Shown here: positions 27,097 through 32,000 of the stretch, piece after piece | Layout of the letters: the number at the start of each line of letters is the position of its first letter | Position numbering within the stretch: the first letter of the stretch is position 1 | DNA from: Puniceicoccales bacterium | GTDB taxonomy: Bacteria > Verrucomicrobiota > Verrucomicrobiia > Opitutales > JAIRKQ01 | Direction of reading: 5' to 3' | DNA length: 32,000 nt | NCBI GenBank assembly: GCA_031268175.1 | Contig: JAIRXR010000011.1 | Location: forward strand, 204,930-236,929 | Notes under the pieces: model-generated | What the model was told of the DNA's origin: nothing | Database searches by the model: none | Seen by the model: only the letters and a program-made list of their open reading frames with translations | Position numbers and translations under genes: made by a program

Positions 27097-27654
27097 CTAC
27101 GCCCGTCCGATGTAGGAGCCATCATCCGAATTGATGCGAATCATTTCGCCGGGCTTGATAAATAGCGGCACTTGCACGACAAGGCCGGTTTCCGTGGTAG
27201 CGGGCTTTTGAACACTTGATGCCGTGTCCCCGCGCACACCCTCCGGCGCCTCGATGACCTTCATCGGGACCGAGGCCGGCAATACGATCTCGACTGGTTT
27301 GTCGCTCACATATGAAATGTCATAGTTTTTTCCGATCGCTAAAAATTTTTTCTTGCTTTCAACCAATGCATCCGGCAGGCAAACGTCCTCGTAGGTCTCC
27401 GTATTCAAAAAGTGGTGCCCCATGTCATCAACATAGGAATACTCCAGCTCCACCGTGCTAACCGACAGAAATGTCACGTTGTCCGACGACAGAAACTTCA
27501 CGGCCGTTGACGCTCCGGTGGTCAAATTCCTCATAACTACTTGAACAAAACCAGCTTGCCTGCCCTGGGTTCTGTGCTGCACATCCAGCACGACATGCGG
27601 GACGCCATTGTAATCTATCACTTTCCCTTTGCGTATGTCCGTCGGATTTGCCAT
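27097..27654 (-). CDS. efp: Translation elongation factor P
   Basis: 185 aa beginning MANPTDIRKGKVIDYNGVPHVVLDVQHRTQGRQAGFVQV. It has the three-domain EF-P layout and a C-terminal GEMIRINSDDGSYIGRA. The loop-tip residue is Arg32 (GRQ), not Lys. Confidence 0.92.
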   Translation of the reverse strand: MANPTDIRKGKVIDYNGVPHVVLDVQHRTQGRQAGFVQVVMRNLTTGASTAVKFLSSDNVTFLSVSTVELEYSYVDDMGHHFLNTETYEDVCLPDALVESKKKFLAIGKNYDISYVSDKPVEIVLPASVPMKVIEAPEGVRGDTASSVQKPATTETGLVVQVPLFIKPGEMIRINSDDGSYIGRA

Positions 27655-27790
27655 GGCAAATTACCTGTGTTTTACTCTGGGAAAATCAAGCTTTTTAAAG
27701 AATTTACACGATCTTGGCTAAGGCGGAAGCGCACTTTCGCCACCGTCCGCCTCCATTCACCGGTGCCCCATCAGCCATTTGCCTCAGGGA

Positions 27791-28987
27791 TCAGTCTTCC
27801 ATCACCGAACTGTTGCCATGGCTCGCAGCACCATTTTCCGATTCACCACTCGGGGCATCTTGAAATTCTGCGTCGAATTGCTCTTCGAAGAAGCGCATTA
27901 TTTCGCCACCCTCCGACAGAATTCTGGCGACATCCGATTGAATTTTTGCGACAAAGTTGGCAAATTTTTCGGCGAATGCGTTGCGCTCGCCCTCGGACGG
28001 TGCAAAAATTTTCGGAAAAATCGTTGAAAGAATTTTGCCAATGAGATGGTCCGCTTCGGATCTACCGGCGGCATTTTTCGGCAAATCCGGGTAAATCGCG
28101 GAGATTATTTTGCCGATGATCCGGCCCAATGTGAGTAACTTTGAACCATAAATCGCCAGTAATGGCATGAAGGCTACTTGCCTAAACGACGGCGGTTCGT
28201 TTGTAAAACTTTGCTCCGGCCATGGATTTTTTTCAATTCTTTCGCATAGATCGCCAACTGCCTCTTCGGGCGAAATTTCCCCTTTGCCAGCCATTTTCAT
28301 CGCAGCCAACATGGCGATAAGCTGCCTGCCGCCAACAATTAGCGCGTCCAGAGGGTCAAAGGTGATGGCTTCGCCGAGCCTGGCGACGAATGCCTCAAAA
28401 AGCTTGCCCATTGCCTGGGAAATTCTCGTGCGAACCCCATTAAATACGGCCAAAACGGCGGTGTTGATGGCAGATTTCACTTTCTTGATGCATTCAGGGT
28501 TCTGAAAAATAGCAATTTCATTCTTTGGCGGCTCTTTTTTGCCGATGCCATCGGTTGCAACGCAAATCACGTATTTTTCTACGATCCGCATCCCATTGGG
28601 GGACACGACAGGAATTTCAACGGCGCAGCGGACATTCGACTTTCCAGCATGGGTATTAAGCGCATTGGAATGCGCATTTCCACGCCGATTGGGAGTGGCC
28701 GTTTCAAAAATCGTCTGCCCGTTTCTTTGAACCATGGGTGTGGAAATTACCCTATTCAGTGGCTCGGTTTTGCCAAGCCCGGCGCTAAATATCGACACCG
28801 GCCTGCATCCAGGAAATATGGGGATCATTTTAGATTTGGCCGGTTGGCCGTCATTCACCATTTTGAAAAGCGCCGTGGCGGAATTCATATCATAGCCTGA
28901 TACGCTGATTTGCGGAACAGCCAGTGCGGACGGATGGTCGTTCGCCGAACCACCACCAACGGAAGAAGATTTCATAGTATTATTCAT
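27791..28987 (-). CDS. Hypothetical protein, no recognisable domain (398 aa from the ATG)
   Basis: Long uninterrupted ORF running to TTG 29002, with its first ATG at 28987. G+C is like its neighbours (one 60-nt line hand-counted at ~52%). No signal peptide or TM segment. It has an acidic C-terminus and the internal repeat IGKI(I/L)S(A/T)I(Y/F)P. Confidence 0.5.
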   Translation of the reverse strand: MNNTMKSSSVGGGSANDHPSALAVPQISVSGYDMNSATALFKMVNDGQPAKSKMIPIFPGCRPVSIFSAGLGKTEPLNRVISTPMVQRNGQTIFETATPNRRGNAHSNALNTHAGKSNVRCAVEIPVVSPNGMRIVEKYVICVATDGIGKKEPPKNEIAIFQNPECIKKVKSAINTAVLAVFNGVRTRISQAMGKLFEAFVARLGEAITFDPLDALIVGGRQLIAMLAAMKMAGKGEISPEEAVGDLCERIEKNPWPEQSFTNEPPSFRQVAFMPLLAIYGSKLLTLGRIIGKIISAIYPDLPKNAAGRSEADHLIGKILSTIFPKIFAPSEGERNAFAEKFANFVAKIQSDVARILSEGGEIMRFFEEQFDAEFQDAPSGESENGAASHGNSSVMED

Positions 28988-29087
28988 GGCTTCAATTGGC
29001 AAAAACGCAACTATATGTCAAATGCTTCCGCAAAATTTCATATTTAAAACACGCAAGATGCCGCTAAAATGGCTGTGTTTTGGCCGT

Positions 29088-29798
29088 CTACCTCTTTGAT
29101 GCCTCCCACTCCACTCCTGTCCATGACAGTGCACGAGCACCGCAATTAACGGCCTCGGAAATCCTAGAGGTCTTTTCGCCGGTGTAATAGTCTACAAGCG
29201 CATTCGCCTCGTCGGTCAGATTTGCGTAGAACTCGACGTGCCCGTCCAAAAAAACGATGAAACCACCTTCCTCTCCGTAGATACCGCCGTCTGGTCCATC
29301 CGCCGGGCGCCATCTGCCGCTACCGGCATCGAGGCCCCTGGTATACGCGATTGGCGTGGTCGCTGCCGGTGCGCGGCTGGAAATGCCGGAAATAACCACA
29401 ACACCCAGTGGAAAATTTTCGAAATCCGGATTTATGCGCCACTGCCCGTTTCTTAGCAAACCGATCGTCTTCGGTACCGGACGATGTTCCGCTTCGACCA
29501 GATAGTCATTTCCGACGATGAATATGGAGGCAACATTCATTTCTTCGTGCTTCGCAAGGACGCCCGCCCATTCCGCCGCATTTTTACAAACATTCAATTC
29601 CCTTGTCAACCCTTTCAACGAAAAACTTGCGTATGCCATGGCGATCTGCTGCAGCCCCTTTGACACCTTCAGCTTTTTTGCGCCGTCCACGGCACTGCTG
29701 ACAACCGGCATCAGGACGGTCGCCAGTATGCCGATTATTGAAATCACTGCCAGCAACTCTATTAGCGAAAAGGCCCTTCTCCTCCTAGACAGGTGCAT
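29088..29798 (-). CDS. Prepilin-type N-terminal methylation-domain protein (type II secretion / type IV pseudopilin-like, H-X9-DG class)
   Basis: The ATG at 29798 gives MHLSRRRRAFSLIELLAVISIIGILATVLMPV, the class III signal (basic leader, F-S-L-I-E-L-L, hydrophobic helix). The C-terminal FLDGHVEFY resembles the DG-H motif of the PVC H-X9-DG pseudopilin family. Confidence 0.75.
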   Translation of the reverse strand: MHLSRRRRAFSLIELLAVISIIGILATVLMPVVSSAVDGAKKLKVSKGLQQIAMAYASFSLKGLTRELNVCKNAAEWAGVLAKHEEMNVASIFIVGNDYLVEAEHRPVPKTIGLLRNGQWRINPDFENFPLGVVVISGISSRAPAATTPIAYTRGLDAGSGRWRPADGPDGGIYGEEGGFIVFLDGHVEFYANLTDEANALVDYYTGEKTSRISEAVNCGARALSWTGVEWEASKR

Positions 29799-29806
29799 GG
29801 GCGGGG

Positions 29807-29834
29807 AGTGTACAGCGAATGCCACCATTGTCAA
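29807..29834 (-). promoter_or_regulatory. Sigma70-like promoter for the pseudopilin gene
   Basis: On the minus strand: TTGACA (29834-29829), a 16-nt spacer, then TACACT (29812-29807). The -10 element ends 8 nt before ATG 29798. Confidence 0.4.
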
Positions 29835-29869
29835 TGGCAATGCAATTTTTAACGAAATGCGAAAATGAT

Positions 29870-29897
29870 TTGACAAAATTGAAAACATTTTTACAAT
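29870..29897 (+). promoter_or_regulatory. Sigma70-like promoter for the 520-aa ORF
   Basis: TTGACA (29870-29875), a 16-nt spacer, then TACAAT (29892-29897). The -10 element ends 7 nt before GTG 29905, and there is no SD-like purine run in between. Confidence 0.4.
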
Positions 29898-29904
29898 AGC
29901 ACGC

Positions 29905-31467
29905 GTGTCTACTACCCCTGCAAGCGGCAATGGCGCCGAACCTTTATCCAGCTCTCAACCCGCCGCGCCCAACGAACGTAATATCTCGCAAAAAAAAGAC
30001 CCTTCGACGGCTGGAAGGGGTTTCCTTTCGCGAGTTGCGACATTCTTCAAATCGCTGTTCTCTCGAAAAGTGGAAGAAACCGTGGCGCAACAAAAACCCA
30101 TCAACGAATCGGCCAACCCCCAGAACAACACCGAAAGCACTGTCAATTCAACACTCAAAGGCATCAAAATAAATCCTGGTTCGTTTTTAAAAGCTACAAA
30201 AAATGACCCGGAAAAGCTGAAAAAAATCATAGCGGAAACAACAAAAAATGTGGAGCTGGCAATCGAAAGCATTGGCACTGATATTACTCCAGAAAAATAC
30301 GCCGAGTTTATGCGCCACACCGTCAGCAAGTGGGAATACCAGAATGAAAAGAAAGCGTGGAAACAAAATGACCAAACGCACAAAAACCTGGAAACAATCG
30401 ACGCGTGGGATGTGAATTTTCTTGAGGAAAGGGGTGTTTTCAATGAGAATAGTAACGTCGATATCTTCGATAGGCAAATTTTTAATACGCTTACGGCAGC
30501 GGATGTCAAAAGAGAAGGAGAAAATTTAACGCTAACAATCGACGGATGCATTTACAGAGCAAATGGCGCCAATCGCAGTGGAATACTGCAGGCGATCAAG
30601 AACCTAGCCAAATCGAAGTATCCAAATGACGACGCAAAGCAAAGAAAATTTGTGCTGCACTGCATACAAGGACTACACAAGTGGGGGGGGCAGGGATCCG
30701 CCTTTGGGACTGCTTCCTTTTTAACAAAACCATTGGCAGAGAAAAGTGCGTTTCCTAGCTATGAAAAGCGTACAACAAACATTGTAGTCGATAGTAACAA
30801 AATAATCTTTGACGCATCTTCTGGCGGTCCATTTAAATCATCAGGTTCCAAGGTTTCTAACTCCAATCTCCCATTTTTCTGCGAAGAGCATTCAAAATTC
30901 GAGGTTGACATCGAAGGCCCCGACGGCGAGGCGCTTCCGGCGGGCACGCTCCCACACTTTGCACCGGATACGCTGGACGAAAATTATATTAAAATTTTCA
31001 AGACAAACGAAAAGCAGCAAAGCGCTGACGGCAAACTACTATTCCAAGTCAAAATGGGGCCCGAGGCCCTCCTAAAAGTTCATGAAAATCCTAATGAGTT
31101 TTTCACGATGACCGATAAGAGACTTGCCGAGCTTCGAAAAGCCAAGATTGCAGTAAAAGAAACGATGCGAATGCCGCCTACGATGAATTTACAGCAACTT
31201 GAAGATAGCATTATGATAGCTTTGAAAAGTTATTTCATTGAACAATATGAAAAGATACTAGATTCGGGTACTTCGCAGCCTGAGATTTTAAAACAGTGCC
31301 ACGAGCAAATCAAGAAACATGAAAAAGCAAACCAGAGTCTGGAGCGAAAGCCTGAGAATATGCAGCCTAACCTCAGACTAAAAAACATCGAGAAACAAAT
31401 TAAAAATCTTGAAGGATTTACAAAATTAAAAAAATCTTTACAGGCGAAAAACACCGGCAAAAATTGA
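29905..31467 (+). CDS. Hypothetical protein, no recognisable domain; Lys/Asn/Glu-rich and A/T-rich coding sequence
   Basis: 520-aa uninterrupted ORF from GTG 29905, the first start codon after an in-frame TGA at 29866. The antisense frames are fragmented. The N-terminus looks disordered (MSTTPASGNGAEPLSSSQPAAPNERN). The C-terminal ~120 aa are charged and coiled-coil-like. No signal peptide. Confidence 0.5.
   Translation: MSTTPASGNGAEPLSSSQPAAPNERNISQKKDPSTAGRGFLSRVATFFKSLFSRKVEETVAQQKPINESANPQNNTESTVNSTLKGIKINPGSFLKATKNDPEKLKKIIAETTKNVELAIESIGTDITPEKYAEFMRHTVSKWEYQNEKKAWKQNDQTHKNLETIDAWDVNFLEERGVFNENSNVDIFDRQIFNTLTAADVKREGENLTLTIDGCIYRANGANRSGILQAIKNLAKSKYPNDDAKQRKFVLHCIQGLHKWGGQGSAFGTASFLTKPLAEKSAFPSYEKRTTNIVVDSNKIIFDASSGGPFKSSGSKVSNSNLPFFCEEHSKFEVDIEGPDGEALPAGTLPHFAPDTLDENYIKIFKTNEKQQSADGKLLFQVKMGPEALLKVHENPNEFFTMTDKRLAELRKAKIAVKETMRMPPTMNLQQLEDSIMIALKSYFIEQYEKILDSGTSQPEILKQCHEQIKKHEKANQSLERKPENMQPNLRLKNIEKQIKNLEGFTKLKKSLQAKNTGKN
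30683..30690 (+). repeat. G8 homopolymer inside the 520-aa ORF
   Basis: The sequence is gt-gggggggg-c, encoding W-G-G (HKWGGQGS). It is the longest G/C homopolymer I noticed in the window. Confidence 0.9.
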
Positions 31468-31503
31468 GATCACTGGCCGAGCCGGAAAGCGCGGAAGATA
31501 TTC

Positions 31504-31534
31504 TTGCAAACTTGAACAACGTGTGCCATATAAT
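31504..31534 (+). promoter_or_regulatory. Possible sigma70-like promoter for folE
   Basis: TTGCAA (31504-31509), a long 19-nt spacer, then a consensus TATAAT (31529-31534). GTG 31540 lies 5 nt after the -10 element. Confidence 0.3.
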
Positions 31535-31539
31535 TTGCG

Positions 31540-32000
31540 GTGGATTTTGACAAGATTGTTGCCGGTGCGAGGATGCTAATCGAAGGGATCGGCGGAGATG
31601 CCAGCAGCGACGGCTTGGTTGACACGCCGGAGAGAGTGGCGATGATGTGGAAAAATTTCCTCGTGCCCGTGGAAATTTCCGACGGAGAGCTACTAAATCG
31701 CTCATTTTTAGCAGAAAACTACGGCGACTTCGTCATAGTGAGAAACATTCGATTTTCGTCGTTCTGCGAGCACCACTTGCTGCCATTTTTCGGCAGAGTG
31801 CACGTGGCCTACGTGCCGCAAGGCGGGACTGTTGTAGGCATAAGCAAGCTGATACGCGTGGTGGACAAGTTTTCCAAGCGATTGCAGCTGCAGGAGCGAT
31901 TGAGCCAGCAAATTCTCAATGCCATCGCCGAAGGTACGGCCAATGGTGGCGTTTTAGTAATAGTCTGTGCGCGGCACATGTGCGTAGCGGCGCGCGGCGT
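31540..32000 (+). CDS. folE: GTP cyclohydrolase I FolE, 5' portion; continues past the right edge
   Basis: Hand translation gives (GTG 31540) DFDKIVAGARMLIEGIGGDASSDGLVDTPERVAMMW...FSSFCEHHLLPFFGRVHVAYVP...GISKLIRVVD...QLQERL. These are canonical FolE motifs. The alternative start is ATG 31573. There is an in-frame TAA at 31531. Confidence 0.85.
   Translation, partial: MDFDKIVAGARMLIEGIGGDASSDGLVDTPERVAMMWKNFLVPVEISDGELLNRSFLAENYGDFVIVRNIRFSSFCEHHLLPFFGRVHVAYVPQGGTVVGISKLIRVVDKFSKRLQLQERLSQQILNAIAEGTANGGVLVIVCARHMCVAARG

Noticed and set aside
26962-31467. The possibility that the orphan block is a tRNA-targeted genomic island, given that tRNA-Ser and tRNA-Leu are nearby.
   Set aside because: I found no integrase, recombinase or transposase ORF and no direct repeat of a tRNA 3' end by eye. 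The core gene efp separates tRNA-Ser from the block. Horizontal origin remains possible only for the A/T-rich 520-aa ORF.
1-32000. A CRISPR array, or a dispersed repeat family suggested by the frequent GAAAATTT / GCGAAATTT-like strings.
   Set aside because: There are no regularly spaced direct repeats anywhere. The recurring strings are short, occur inside CDSs in many contexts, and are explained by favoured Lys/Phe/Asn/Ile/Glu codon pairs.

Overview
This is a mostly housekeeping chromosomal window, roughly 50% G+C by eye and rich in short A/T runs. The organism looks like a PVC-superphylum (Verrucomicrobiota-like) bacterium. That call is inference only. It rests on an H-X9-DG-type pseudopilin, a fused PilM-PilN followed by an Amuc_1100-like gene, and a fused SecDF. 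I can support about 32 protein-coding genes: murJ (partial), rsmD, ymdB-like, a SurA-like PPIase, yajC, secDF, recJ, dprA, dus, folD, rsmE, a TylF-like methyltransferase, ispH, pilMN, an Amuc_1100-like gene, trkA, a glucosaminidase lipoprotein, mreB, an LbH acyltransferase, dnaJ, grpE, sfsA, efp, folE (partial) and several hypotheticals. There are three tRNAs, Cys-GCA, Leu-UAA and Ser-CGA, all with encoded CCA. I saw no CRISPR array, transposase, integrase or rRNA. There are signs of gene decay: an outer-membrane beta-barrel gene broken by stops and frameshifts, and two BatA_N-only stubs. The least core-like part is 27.8-31.5 kb. There, two large domain-less ORFs flank a solitary pseudopilin between efp and folE. 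One of these ORFs is clearly A/T-richer than its surroundings and contains a G8 tract. Both divergent genes have near-consensus promoters abutting their start codons. A 530-bp gene-free gap next to tRNA-Cys folds by hand into a multi-helix RNA whose family I cannot assign. All homology calls come from motif recognition by eye. No searches or computations were run.
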